NCBI GenBank assembly: GCA_043747615.1
Contig: JAYTOU010000057.1
Coordinates: forward strand, 32,001-96,000
From: Myxococcales bacterium
GTDB lineage: Bacteria; Myxococcota_A; Polyangia; Polyangiales; Polyangiaceae
DNA: 64,000 bases
Direction: 5' to 3'
In this document: in pieces, positions 18,590-28,026 of the stretch
Position numbering within the stretch: position 1 is the stretch's first letter
Layout: each line of letters opens with the position of its first letter
The notes under the pieces: generated by a model
What the model was told of the DNA's origin: nothing
The model's database searches: none
Seen by the model: the letters and a program-made list of their open reading frames with translations, nothing else
Position numbers and translations under genes: made by a program

Positions 18590-20459
18590 AATTTTTGATC
18601 CCAAAGCGCGCCCGCGTCCGATCGGAATCGATCTGGGTACGACCCACTCCCTCGTGGCCTGCGTACGCAACGAGCGGCCCGAGACGATCACCGATTGCGA
18701 CAACGAGGCCCTCCTTCCGAGCGTGGTCGCGTACTTGCGCGAAGGGGTGGTCGTCGGTCGCGACGCCAAGAAGGAAGCAGCGCTCCACCCGCGCGAGACG
18801 ATCGTCAGCGTGAAGCGCTTCATGGGTCGCGGCGCGAACGATCCCGAGACACGCGCGCTCGGCCCTTACCTGTTCGAGGACGCCAAAGAAGGCGAAGCAA
18901 ACGTGGTCCGCTTCCGGGTGGGCGATCGCTCGGTGACCCCGGTCGAGGTCAGCGCCGAAATTCTCCGCACCTTGAAACGGCTGGCCGAAGACGAGCTCCT
19001 CGCCGTCGGCGGCGCGGTGATCACCGTTCCCGCTTACTTCGACGATGCCCAGCGTCAGGCCACCAAGGACGCAGGCAAGCTCGCCGGGCTCGAGGTTCTG
19101 CGTCTCCTCAACGAGCCCACCGCCGCAGCGCTCGCGTACGGCCTCGAGAAAAAGAAGAACGGACACTTTGCCGTCTACGATCTCGGCGGCGGCACCTTCG
19201 ACATCACCATCCTCTTCCTCGAAGACGGCGTCTTTCAGGTCAAATCAACGGGTGGCGACAGCGCGCTCGGTGGCGACGACATGGACCGCCTCATCGCCGA
19301 GAAACTCTTCGCGCAGATGAAGGTCGCGTCGTCCGCGGCTCCGCCCGAGCTGGTTCGTGAAGTGCTCGACCTTGCGCGCAGCGTGAAACACGGGCTCACC
19401 ACCAAGGAGGTCGTGTCCGTCGACGGACTCGCCAAGACCGAAATTACTCTCAGTCGCGCAGAGATGGACGCTCTCATTCAGCCGCTCCTCGACCGCACCG
19501 GTGTCGCCTGTCGTCGCGCACTGAAAGACGCCGGGCTCAAGACCGAAGACCTCGACGGCGTGATCCTGGTGGGAGGCTCCACCCGGGTGCTCGCCGTTCG
19601 TGCGTACGTGAAAAAGATCTTCGGAGCGGAGCCGCTCGTCGACATCGACCCCGATCGAGTGGTTGCGCTCGGTGCGGCAATTCAAGCCGATTTGCTCGCG
19701 GGCGACGGCCAGCGAGACGAGGTCCTTCTTCTCGATGTTCTCCCGTTGTCGCTCGGGATCGAAGTGGGCGGCGGCGTCGTCGACAAGATCCTTCCGCGCA
19801 ACGTCACCATTCCTACCGGTGCCCGCGCTACCTACACCACTCAAGAAGACAACCAGACCGGCTTCGAGATTCACGTCGTGCAGGGAGAGCGCGAGCTCGC
19901 CGTCGACGGACGGAGCTTGGCTCGCTTCACCCTGAAGGGCATTCCACGGATGGCGGCGGGGATGGCGAAGCTGGAGGTCGCGTTCAACGTCGACGCCGAC
20001 GGACTCCTCAGTGTCGTCGCCAAGGAGACGACCACCGGAATCGAGCAAACGGTGAGTGTGAAGCCGACGTTCGGCCTCGACGACGACGCGGTCGAGAAGA
20101 TGCTGATCGACGCGCTCGATCATGGCGAAGACGATCTTAAGAAGCGCCGTGTTGCTGAGAATCGCGTGGAGGCGGAGCGCATCTTGGCGGTGACGGCGAA
20201 GGCCATGGTGGCGGATGCCGAGCTCCTCATCTCAGGGGAAAAAGAGGCGATCTCCAAGGCCATGAGCGCCCTCTCGGAAGCCGCGAAGAAGAGCGATGCG
20301 ACCAAAATGCACTCCCTAGTCGAAGCGCTCGACGCCGCGAGCAAAGAGTTCGCGACGCGCCGGATGAACCGCGCCATCGCACGCGCGATCGAAGGTCGGA
20401 AGGTGAGTGACATCGCCCCGCGACAGGTGAAGACGCAGGAACCGCATTCCCATGACTAA
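18579..20459 (+). CDS. hscA: Fe-S chaperone HscA (Hsp70)
   Basis: [26 protein letters not shown] and DLGGGTFD motifs; isc context. Confidence 0.95.
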   Translation: MLFEIFDPKARPRPIGIDLGTTHSLVACVRNERPETITDCDNEALLPSVVAYLREGVVVGRDAKKEAALHPRETIVSVKRFMGRGANDPETRALGPYLFEDAKEGEANVVRFRVGDRSVTPVEVSAEILRTLKRLAEDELLAVGGAVITVPAYFDDAQRQATKDAGKLAGLEVLRLLNEPTAAALAYGLEKKKNGHFAVYDLGGGTFDITILFLEDGVFQVKSTGGDSALGGDDMDRLIAEKLFAQMKVASSAAPPELVREVLDLARSVKHGLTTKEVVSVDGLAKTEITLSRAEMDALIQPLLDRTGVACRRALKDAGLKTEDLDGVILVGGSTRVLAVRAYVKKIFGAEPLVDIDPDRVVALGAAIQADLLAGDGQRDEVLLLDVLPLSLGIEVGGGVVDKILPRNVTIPTGARATYTTQEDNQTGFEIHVVQGERELAVDGRSLARFTLKGIPRMAAGMAKLEVAFNVDADGLLSVVAKETTTGIEQTVSVKPTFGLDDDAVEKMLIDALDHGEDDLKKRRVAENRVEAERILAVTAKAMVADAELLISGEKEAISKAMSALSEAAKKSDATKMHSLVEALDAASKEFATRRMNRAIARAIEGRKVSDIAPRQVKTQEPHSHD

Positions 20460-20823
20460 GGTGAGCTTCAAAGGTTACGGCGAGGTCGACGTACCCATCG
20501 GCACGTCTCTCCTCCAGGCCGCGCAGCAGCTCGGCGCTCCAGAGGGTTACGCGTGCGGCGGCGTCTGCGCCTGCTCCACGTGCCATCTATACGTCGCGAA
20601 AGGCGCCTCTCTGCTCTCCGAGCAAGAGGAAGAAGAAGAAGACATGCTCGACAAGGCCTTCGACGTGAGGTCCACCTCCCGCCTCGGATGTCAGTCGAAG
20701 ATCATGAAGGAAGGCCACGTCGAGGTGGAGATCACCCGCGAGAGCATCGAGGCCTTCGAAAACGAGCACCCCGAGGCCCGCGGCAAGTACACGACGTGGC
20801 GCACGCAGTCCGTGGAAAAATAA
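20452..20823 (+). CDS. fdx: ISC-type [2Fe-2S] ferredoxin
   Basis: [11 protein letters not shown]…SRLGCQ motif. Confidence 0.93.
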   Translation: MTKVSFKGYGEVDVPIGTSLLQAAQQLGAPEGYACGGVCACSTCHLYVAKGASLLSEQEEEEEDMLDKAFDVRSTSRLGCQSKIMKEGHVEVEITRESIEAFENEHPEARGKYTTWRTQSVEK

Positions 20824-20829
20824 CGGTTC

Positions 20830-22110
20830 CTAAATTCGCAGACCAGGCGCCGGGTAACTCGCGCAGACGCTCTTCACTTCGGCGGCCACTTTCGCGAGAA
20901 GCGCGTCGTCACCGGGGGCCGCGACCACGCGATCGATCCACTCGGCGACCTTGATCATCACCTCTTTGCCCATGCCGCGTGAGGTGACGGCGTGGGTTCC
21001 CAGGCGGATGCCGGACGGGTCGAACGGCTTTCGCGGATCGAACGGAATCGAGTTGTAGTTGAGCACGATGCCAGCCTTGTCGAGGGCCTTGGCGGCGACC
21101 TTCCCGGTGACGTTTTTGCTCGTCACGTCGACCAGGAGGAGGTGATTGTCCGTCCCGCCCGTGGTCACCCCGAAGCCGCGCGTCATCAGCGCCTCTCCGA
21201 GGGCGACTGCGTTTTCGACGATGGCTTTCGCGTACACCTTGAACGCCGGCTGCGCGGCCTCGTGTGCCGCGACGGCAATGGCTGCCGTCGTGTGGTTGTG
21301 CGGACCGCCCTGCAGTCCAGGGAAGACGGCTTTGTCGATGGCGGCCGCGTGCTCCTTTTTGCAGAAGATCATCCCGCCCCTCGGCCCGCGAAACGTTTTG
21401 TGGGTGGTGGACGTCACGACGTCGGCGATGCCGATCGGCGAGGGATGCACGCCCGTCGCAACGAGCCCAGAAATGTGTGCGATGTCGGCGGCGAGGATGG
21501 CTCCAACCTCGTCGGCGATCGCACGGAAAGCCTTGAAATCGATGGCGCGCGGGTACGCGGTGGTCCCGCACCAAAGGAGCTTCGGGCGGTGCTCCTTCGC
21601 GAGCGCGCGCACTTCGTCCATGTCGATGCGGCAGTCGCTCTTGCGCACGCCGTAGGGGACGCTCTTGAAATATTTTCCGGTGATCGACACGGCGTGCCCG
21701 TGCGTGAGGTGCCCGCCCGCGGGAAGGCTTAGCCCCATGATGGTGTCGCCCGCTTGGCAAAACGCGAGGTACACGGCGAGGTTCGCCGGGCTCCCCGAGT
21801 ACGGCTGCACGTTGACGTGCACGTCTGCCGGGCTCACCCCCGAGACCCCGCCGAAGAGGTTCTGCAGCCGCGTGATGGCAAGCTCCTCGACCTGATCGAT
21901 GACCTGCTGCCCCTCGTAGTAGCGCTTTTTCGCGTAACCCTCGGAGTACTTGTTGGTGAGGCAGGAGCCCGTGGCCTCCATGACCGCGCGCGACGCGTAA
22001 TTTTCGCTGGCGATCAGGCGGAGCGTCTCGTGCTCGCGTTGATTCTCGTCATCGATCAGCTTGGCGATGGCGGGGTCGAGCTCGGACAGGGACGGTTCAC
22101 GTGTCGTCAT
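20830..22110 (-). CDS. glyA: Serine hydroxymethyltransferase
   Basis: LIASEN, NKYSEGY, GGHLTHG, STTHKTFRGPRGG and FPGLQGGP motifs. Confidence 0.97.
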   Translation of the reverse strand: MTTREPSLSELDPAIAKLIDDENQREHETLRLIASENYASRAVMEATGSCLTNKYSEGYAKKRYYEGQQVIDQVEELAITRLQNLFGGVSGVSPADVHVNVQPYSGSPANLAVYLAFCQAGDTIMGLSLPAGGHLTHGHAVSITGKYFKSVPYGVRKSDCRIDMDEVRALAKEHRPKLLWCGTTAYPRAIDFKAFRAIADEVGAILAADIAHISGLVATGVHPSPIGIADVVTSTTHKTFRGPRGGMIFCKKEHAAAIDKAVFPGLQGGPHNHTTAAIAVAAHEAAQPAFKVYAKAIVENAVALGEALMTRGFGVTTGGTDNHLLLVDVTSKNVTGKVAAKALDKAGIVLNYNSIPFDPRKPFDPSGIRLGTHAVTSRGMGKEVMIKVAEWIDRVVAAPGDDALLAKVAAEVKSVCASYPAPGLRI

Positions 22111-22144
22111 GGATCTTTTCTATCCGTGATATGAAGGCTCGTCG

Positions 22145-22807
22145 ATGAAACATCGCGCTCTCATCTCCTCTTGCGTTGCTGCGCTGGTGGCTCTGTCTAC
22201 GCCTGCGCTGGCGCAAGACGCGATTCCGAAAATCCTCGACGTCCCCCACAAGCTCCGGAGCGGTGTCGTCCTCGGTTTCAACCTAGGAATGTTCGGGCTC
22301 TACGGCGCGAGCGGCTACCCGAACAAGACCAGCCAGATCGATCAGCCCGGCTACTACTCCGCAAGCGGCCCCACCTTCGGCCTCGTCGGCAACAGCGTCT
22401 CCCTCCACGTCATGGGAGCCATAGCCGACTACCTCAATTTCGGAATCTGGTTCGGCGGCGGCGCGGCTCAAAACAAGGACTGGACCTCCACCTCGGGCGG
22501 TGCGGGTTTGCGCGTCGAAGCGTTTCCGTTTTACGCCATGAACTCGAAGATCAAGGATCTCGGAATCGTCGGTCAGTTCGGGGTTGGCGTCGTCACGCTC
22601 AAATCGCGGCACGGCACTTCACCGGGGGCCGACGGCGCACAGTCCTTCCTCGGCACCGGTTTCTTCTATGAGTTCAATCTCGGGAAATCGCTCGGCGGTC
22701 ATTTCGGCTGGGGCCCGAGCGTCGAATACCAGGCCATCACGTCCGCCTCCGCCGAGCGTCACGGCGGGTTGATCGGAGCGCGTCTCGCCTTCTACGGCGG
22801 GATGTGA
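22145..22807 (+). CDS. Putative outer-membrane beta-barrel protein
   Basis: Signal peptide (ALA-QD), alternating Gly/aromatic strands, C-terminal RLAFYGGM. Confidence 0.6.
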   Translation: MKHRALISSCVAALVALSTPALAQDAIPKILDVPHKLRSGVVLGFNLGMFGLYGASGYPNKTSQIDQPGYYSASGPTFGLVGNSVSLHVMGAIADYLNFGIWFGGGAAQNKDWTSTSGGAGLRVEAFPFYAMNSKIKDLGIVGQFGVGVVTLKSRHGTSPGADGAQSFLGTGFFYEFNLGKSLGGHFGWGPSVEYQAITSASAERHGGLIGARLAFYGGM

Positions 22808-22808
22808 C

Positions 22809-23080
22809 GTGAGCGCGAAAGATCCCTTCGGCCCATCCCGCACGGGCTCGGGACGCTTGGAGCGTGCCTTGGTCGCCGCGCCGCCGCCCGCCTCCGTGGC
22901 CGCGCATCGTCGCTCTCGACGATCGACGCCCTTCTCGCCAGCTGCAAGAAGGCCAACGGGACCGGTGGAAACGGAAACGTCCGGGGCACCCTCGCCGCCG
23001 ACGGAAGCGTGAGAAATGCCTCCGCGGACGCCCCATTCGACACCATCCTGGTCGAGCACTCTTTTCCCCTTCCCGCGTGA
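22809..23080 (+). pseudogene. Collapsed remnant of a Ser/Thr kinase paralog
   Basis: MSAKDPFG resembles the kinase start MAGDPFG; after a frameshift near 22905, SSLSTIDALLASCKKANGTGGNGNVRGTLAADGSV…APFD aligns to the kinase C-terminal domain. Confidence 0.65.
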
Positions 23081-23088
23081 GCGCAGCC

Positions 23089-23144
23089 GCTAGGTGACTT
23101 TCGAGACTCTGTGCCGCGTGACACACACACATCCCGCGGCCTAC
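23089..23144. repeat. Structured GTAG-tagged (REP-like) intergenic element, copy 2
   Basis: GCTAGGTGACTTTCGAGACTCTGTGCCGCGTGACACACACACATCCCGCGGCCTAC; 20 of the first 25 nt match copy 1, and the stems covary. Confidence 0.65.
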
Positions 23145-23164
23145 GTGATATCGTTCCCCCCACC

Positions 23165-25804
23165 ATGGCGGGCGACCCGTTTGGCCTAATAGGAACCGTA
23201 ATCGATGGGCAATTCCGCGTTGATCAGTGGATCGGCGAGGGAGGGTTCAGCGTTGTCTACAAAGGGTTCCATCTGGGACTCAATGAGCCGGTCGCCATCA
23301 AGGTCCTCAAGATGCCTGAAGAGCATCTCAAGGAAGCGCACGAAGAGTTCACGAATCGATTCCGCGACGAGAGCCGGATCGCCTACCGCCTCTCGCAGGG
23401 GAACCTCCACATCGTCCGCAGCATCACGAGCGGATCGACGAAAGCCCCGGCCACCGGGCAGCTCGCTCTCTTCATGGTCCTCGAGTGGCTCGAAGGCTTC
23501 TCGCTCGCCGAAGATCTCCGCAAGCGACGCGCGGCCCACCTTACCGGCCGACCGATCGAAGAGGTGATGCGCATCTTCGCGCCGGCGGCCGAAGCGCTGG
23601 CGTATGCCCACGCCCACGGCGTCGTTCACCGCGACGTGAAGCCCGGCAATCTCTTTCTCGCGTCGACGCGTGAAGGGCACCGCCTGAAGGTGCTCGATTT
23701 CGGAATGGCGAAGATCCTGAGCGACGGAACGCTCGGAATGTCCCCGCTCGCGCAGAGCATGGGAAACGTGATGGTGTTCTCCGCGCCGTATGCCGCGCCG
23801 GAGCAATTCGATCCGAAGATCGCCCCCATCGGTGCATGGACGGACGTCTACTCGCTCGGGCTCGTTCTTCTCGAAGCGCTCAGCGATCGCCGCGTGCGTG
23901 GCGGAGAGAGCCTCGCGGAGTGCCTGATGCAGGCGTGCGACTCGAATCGCAAACCGAGCCCTCGTGCTCTCGGCGTCCAGGTGAGCGACGATGTAGAAGC
24001 AGTCTTCGCAAGAGCGATTTCAATCAACAAGAGCGAGCGTCCTCAAGACGCTGGCGAATTCTGGGGGCTTCTGAAAAACGCCATGCGACGTGACGGTCAG
24101 GACAACAAGGATTTCGCGGTCGCTCCCATGGAGAGCGAGCCCCCCGACAGTCACGATGATCCCGCGACCATCGTTCACGACACGCGGGGCATGTTCGACG
24201 AAGCTGGCAACCTTAACTACGACCCGCAGGACGCGAGCGGCGAAAACGACGAGCCCACACGTACCGTCGACCTGAACGCTCTCAATGCCACGTTCAAGGC
24301 CGATGCGGCCGGCCCGCAGCTCCCGCGCGAGGTCACTGATTTTCTGAATCGCGCGCCGGCCCCCGCGCCCGCCGCAGGAAAGCCGGCGGAGCGCCGACTC
24401 GAGCCTCAAGGACAGGCGAGCTACGGGCATCCCGCTACCGGTCCCGCGTTCTCTCCGTTCGGAGACGCTCCTGCCGTCGGCGTGCCGAGACCCGGTCCGC
24501 CGGCCGCGATGCCACCGATCCCCCAGCAGGAGGATGACCCCTCGCTTGGCGCGGCGACGATCATGCAACCGCTCAGCCCTCCAGCCCTCGGACAGATCAA
24601 ACCGCTCGCGCACGCGAGGCCGCTCGAGGCGATGGCGGGCGGCGGCCAAACGTTCCCGGAGCCATTCGACCCGCTTGACGGAGGAGCCCGCGGGTCTGAT
24701 CGACCGGACGTGACGGTCGCCATGTCGCCAGGAGCAAACCCTGGCGCGCTCGGAAGAACGCTGCCGCTCTCCGCCTCCCCGTACGCTGCAAATTACTCCG
24801 CCTACGGCCAGCCGCAACCCGGCGCGCAAGGTGCGGGGCCAGGCGCGGACGCCCCACCGTACGGCGCTCCGCCGGCGGGTTTCGCCGCGCCGCAAGGTCA
24901 GCCGCCGCCCATGCAGGCGCAGTACACCGCAGGTGGGTACGTTGCACCGGGCGCGGCTCCGCAAGGCTATATGCAAAGCGGCGCACCGCAAATGCAAGGC
25001 GCCGTGGCCCAAGGAGGGTACGTCGCGCCGGGTGCTCAGCCGCAGTGGCAAGGCAACGTTGCGTACGGAAATAAATCAGGCCCGAAGTCGCGCTTGATTC
25101 TCTACGTCGCTGCGGGCGCGATCGCGTTCCTCGCGCTGTGTCTCGCAGGCTTCGTTCTCTTCCGCGTGTGGCAGATGAGGCAGGCGGCGTCGCAAGTGAC
25201 GACTTCGCAGCCGGGCACGATCACGGCGACGACCGTGACCGATCCTTCGATGACTCCTGTTCCCGTCGGGGCAGTCGCCGCGCCGCCACCCGAAACAGTA
25301 ACGGCTGCTCCTGTCGCGGTTGCGGATCCACCACCTGCCCTTCCGGTTGCTCCGCCCGTTGCGCGGCCGCCGCCTCCCGTGGTGCAGCAAGCTCCCCCGC
25401 CTCCCGTGCAGAACGGAGGGGGCGCGTCTCCGCAGGTTCACACGGTTCCGAACAATCCGCCTCCGGTCGCCGGTGGCGTAGCCGGCCCTGGTCCGATGAA
25501 ATCCCCCGGGCCCCCTGCAGAGGCCGATCCGGGTGTCTTCAACTCCGCGCAAGCGCAGTCGTCGCTCCGATCGATGGAGTCCATTCTCTCGAGCTGCAAG
25601 CGCCCCGATGGCCCAACCGGCGTCGGGAAAGTTCGAGTGATCTTTGCAAACGATGGCACCGTCATGACGTCGACGGTGATGGGAGCTCCCTTCGAGGGGA
25701 CGGCGGTCGGAGACTGCGCATCCGGGCGCTTCAAGATGGCCAAGGTCCACGGCTTCGATGGCCCGCCGGGCGTTGCCGACTACACGTTCCACATCAACAA
25801 ATGA
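23165..25804 (+). CDS. Membrane-anchored Hanks-type Ser/Thr protein kinase
   Basis: IGEGGFSVVY, VAIK, HRDVKPGN, DFG, APEQ and DVYSLG motifs; Pro/Gln-rich linker, one TM helix, C-terminal AgmX/TonB-C-like domain. Confidence 0.93.
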   Translation: MAGDPFGLIGTVIDGQFRVDQWIGEGGFSVVYKGFHLGLNEPVAIKVLKMPEEHLKEAHEEFTNRFRDESRIAYRLSQGNLHIVRSITSGSTKAPATGQLALFMVLEWLEGFSLAEDLRKRRAAHLTGRPIEEVMRIFAPAAEALAYAHAHGVVHRDVKPGNLFLASTREGHRLKVLDFGMAKILSDGTLGMSPLAQSMGNVMVFSAPYAAPEQFDPKIAPIGAWTDVYSLGLVLLEALSDRRVRGGESLAECLMQACDSNRKPSPRALGVQVSDDVEAVFARAISINKSERPQDAGEFWGLLKNAMRRDGQDNKDFAVAPMESEPPDSHDDPATIVHDTRGMFDEAGNLNYDPQDASGENDEPTRTVDLNALNATFKADAAGPQLPREVTDFLNRAPAPAPAAGKPAERRLEPQGQASYGHPATGPAFSPFGDAPAVGVPRPGPPAAMPPIPQQEDDPSLGAATIMQPLSPPALGQIKPLAHARPLEAMAGGGQTFPEPFDPLDGGARGSDRPDVTVAMSPGANPGALGRTLPLSASPYAANYSAYGQPQPGAQGAGPGADAPPYGAPPAGFAAPQGQPPPMQAQYTAGGYVAPGAAPQGYMQSGAPQMQGAVAQGGYVAPGAQPQWQGNVAYGNKSGPKSRLILYVAAGAIAFLALCLAGFVLFRVWQMRQAASQVTTSQPGTITATTVTDPSMTPVPVGAVAAPPPETVTAAPVAVADPPPALPVAPPVARPPPPVVQQAPPPPVQNGGGASPQVHTVPNNPPPVAGGVAGPGPMKSPGPPAEADPGVFNSAQAQSSLRSMESILSSCKRPDGPTGVGKVRVIFANDGTVMTSTVMGAPFEGTAVGDCASGRFKMAKVHGFDGPPGVADYTFHINK

Positions 25805-25832
25805 TCGCCCTGGGATCAGCGGTGGGGGAAAA

Positions 25833-27119
25833 ATGAGCGACCCGAAGTCTCAACAGCTTTTTCAACGCGCCGCTCGGGTCATCCCGGGTGGAGTCAACAG
25901 CCCCGTGCGGGCCTTCCGCGCCGTAGGCGGAGATCCGATTTTCATCTCGCGCGCCGCGGGTGCTTATTTGTACGGTGCAGATGGTGCAAAGTACACGGAC
26001 TACGTGTGCTCGTGGGGTCCGATGATCCTGGGCCACGCGCACCCGGACGTGATCCGCGCCATCCACGAGGCCGTCGGGCGCGGCACGAGCTACGGCGCGC
26101 CGACCGAGCTCGAAGTTCAGTTCGCCGAGAAGCTCATCGAGCTCTACCCGAGCATCGAGATGGTGCGCGCCGTCTCCAGCGGCACGGAGGCGACGATGGC
26201 CGCGATCCGCGCTGCCCGCGGATTTACCGGGCGCGACGTGATCGTGAAATTCGAAGGCTGCTATCACGGCCACGCCGACTTCTTGCTCGTGAAGGCCGGG
26301 TCGGGCGCCGCCACCCTCGGCGTTCCGGATTCCGCGGGCGTCCCCACCGCGGCCGCCGGCAACACCACAACCATGCCGTACAACAATCTGAGCGCGCTCC
26401 GCGAGCTCTTCTCGGCGCGCGGGCACCGCATCGCCAGCGTCATTGTCGAGCCGGTCGTTGGCAACATGGGGTGCGTCCCTCCCGAGCCCGGCTTTCTCGA
26501 GGAAATCATTTCGCTCTGCACGAAGCATGGGGCCATCTCCCTCTTCGACGAAGTCATGACCGGATGCCGTGTAGCCCGCGGCGGCATGCAAGGACGCGCC
26601 GGGCACAAGCCCGATCTCACCTGCCTCGGAAAGATCATCGGCGGAGGAATGCCGCTCGCAGCCTACGGCGGCCGCCGCGACGTCATGGAGAAGATCGCGC
26701 CGCTCGGTCCCGTCTACCAAGCGGGGACCCTCAGCGGAAATCCGATAGCGGTCACCGCGGGCCTGGCGACGATCGCCCACCTCGACGACGCTCTCTATGC
26801 GAAGCTCGAAGCAGTCTCGGCGCGGCTCGAGGCCGGCCTCACCAAGGCCGCAGCGGCCGCGGGCGTCGAGGCCACCGTCCAGCGCGTGGGGTCGATGATC
26901 ACCCTATTTTTCTCGCAGGGACCCGTCAAGAGCTGGGACGACGCGAACCGCTCGGACACCGTCGCGTTCGGCAAATGGCATCAGGGAATGATCGCCCGCG
27001 GGCAGTACTGGCCGCCGTCGCAGTTCGAAGCGGCCTTCGTTAGTGGCGCCCACACCGAAGCGGACATCGACGCGACGATCAAAGCTGCGGAGGAGTCGCT
27101 CCGAGCGATCCGTGCCTGA
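25833..27119 (+). CDS. hemL: Glutamate-1-semialdehyde 2,1-aminomutase
   Basis: IPGGVNSPVRAF, SGTEATM, FDEVMTG, GKIIGGG, YQAGTLSGNP and PPSQFE motifs. Confidence 0.97.
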   Translation: MSDPKSQQLFQRAARVIPGGVNSPVRAFRAVGGDPIFISRAAGAYLYGADGAKYTDYVCSWGPMILGHAHPDVIRAIHEAVGRGTSYGAPTELEVQFAEKLIELYPSIEMVRAVSSGTEATMAAIRAARGFTGRDVIVKFEGCYHGHADFLLVKAGSGAATLGVPDSAGVPTAAAGNTTTMPYNNLSALRELFSARGHRIASVIVEPVVGNMGCVPPEPGFLEEIISLCTKHGAISLFDEVMTGCRVARGGMQGRAGHKPDLTCLGKIIGGGMPLAAYGGRRDVMEKIAPLGPVYQAGTLSGNPIAVTAGLATIAHLDDALYAKLEAVSARLEAGLTKAAAAAGVEATVQRVGSMITLFFSQGPVKSWDDANRSDTVAFGKWHQGMIARGQYWPPSQFEAAFVSGAHTEADIDATIKAAEESLRAIRA

Positions 27120-28023
27120 GCTTCCCGACGTCACCGCGTACGTCGAAGCACTAAGAGAGAGAGTCGTCGGATATCCGCTCGAGGGAGTGCGGCTGGCGAG
27201 TCCGTTCGTGCTTCGAACCGTGACGCCGAAAGCGTCGGACCTCGCCGGGAAGAAGCTCCTTGCGGTCGATCGTATGGCCAAGCGCATCGTCTTCTCTTTC
27301 GCAGACGAGCTCTTCATCGCCATCCATCTGATGAAAGCTGGTCGCTTTCGTTATCAGGAAAAAGGCGCCAAAATTCCCGGTCGGTTGGGGCTCGCGGCGT
27401 TCGACTTTTCGCCGGGCACAGTGCTCCTCACGGAGGCGGGGACGAAGCGCCGAGCGGCGATTCACTTCTTGAAGGGGAGGGCTGCCCTCGAAGATCTCGA
27501 CCCCGGCGGTCTCGAGGTGCTGAGCGCGACGCTCGCCCGGTTCACCGAAGTCCTCGCGCTCGAGAACCACACGCTCAAGCGCTCGCTCGCTGATCCGCAT
27601 CTCTTCAGCGGGATCGGCAACGCCTACTCCGACGAGATCCTCCATCGCGCAAAGCTGTCGCCCGTGAAGCAAAGCGCGCAGCTCTCGAAGGAAGAGATCA
27701 AGCGCCTCTTCGAGGCTACGAAAAAGACGCTCAAGGAATGGACCGATCGCCTGCGCAAGGAACGGCAGGGAAACTTCCCAGAAAAAGTGACGGCCTTCCG
27801 CGAGGACATGGCCGTTCACGGAAAATACGGGAAGGCCTGTCCGGCGTGCGGCTCGATCGTCCAACGCATCGTCTACGCCGAGAACGAGACGAACTATTGC
27901 GCCACCTGCCAGACGGAAGGAAAAGTGCTCGCCGATCGCTCGCTCTCTCGTCTCCTTAGCGACGACTGGCCGCGAACCCTGGAGGCCTTGGAAACAAAGC
28001 GCAAAACTGGCGTGTCCTCCTGA
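27112..28023 (+). CDS. Fpg/Nei-family DNA glycosylase
   Basis: N-terminal PELPDV, HLMKAG, H2TH SGIGNAYSDEIL, and zinc finger CPAC…CATCQ. Confidence 0.92.
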   Translation: MPELPDVTAYVEALRERVVGYPLEGVRLASPFVLRTVTPKASDLAGKKLLAVDRMAKRIVFSFADELFIAIHLMKAGRFRYQEKGAKIPGRLGLAAFDFSPGTVLLTEAGTKRRAAIHFLKGRAALEDLDPGGLEVLSATLARFTEVLALENHTLKRSLADPHLFSGIGNAYSDEILHRAKLSPVKQSAQLSKEEIKRLFEATKKTLKEWTDRLRKERQGNFPEKVTAFREDMAVHGKYGKACPACGSIVQRIVYAENETNYCATCQTEGKVLADRSLSRLLSDDWPRTLEALETKRKTGVSS

Positions 28024-28026
28024 CGA

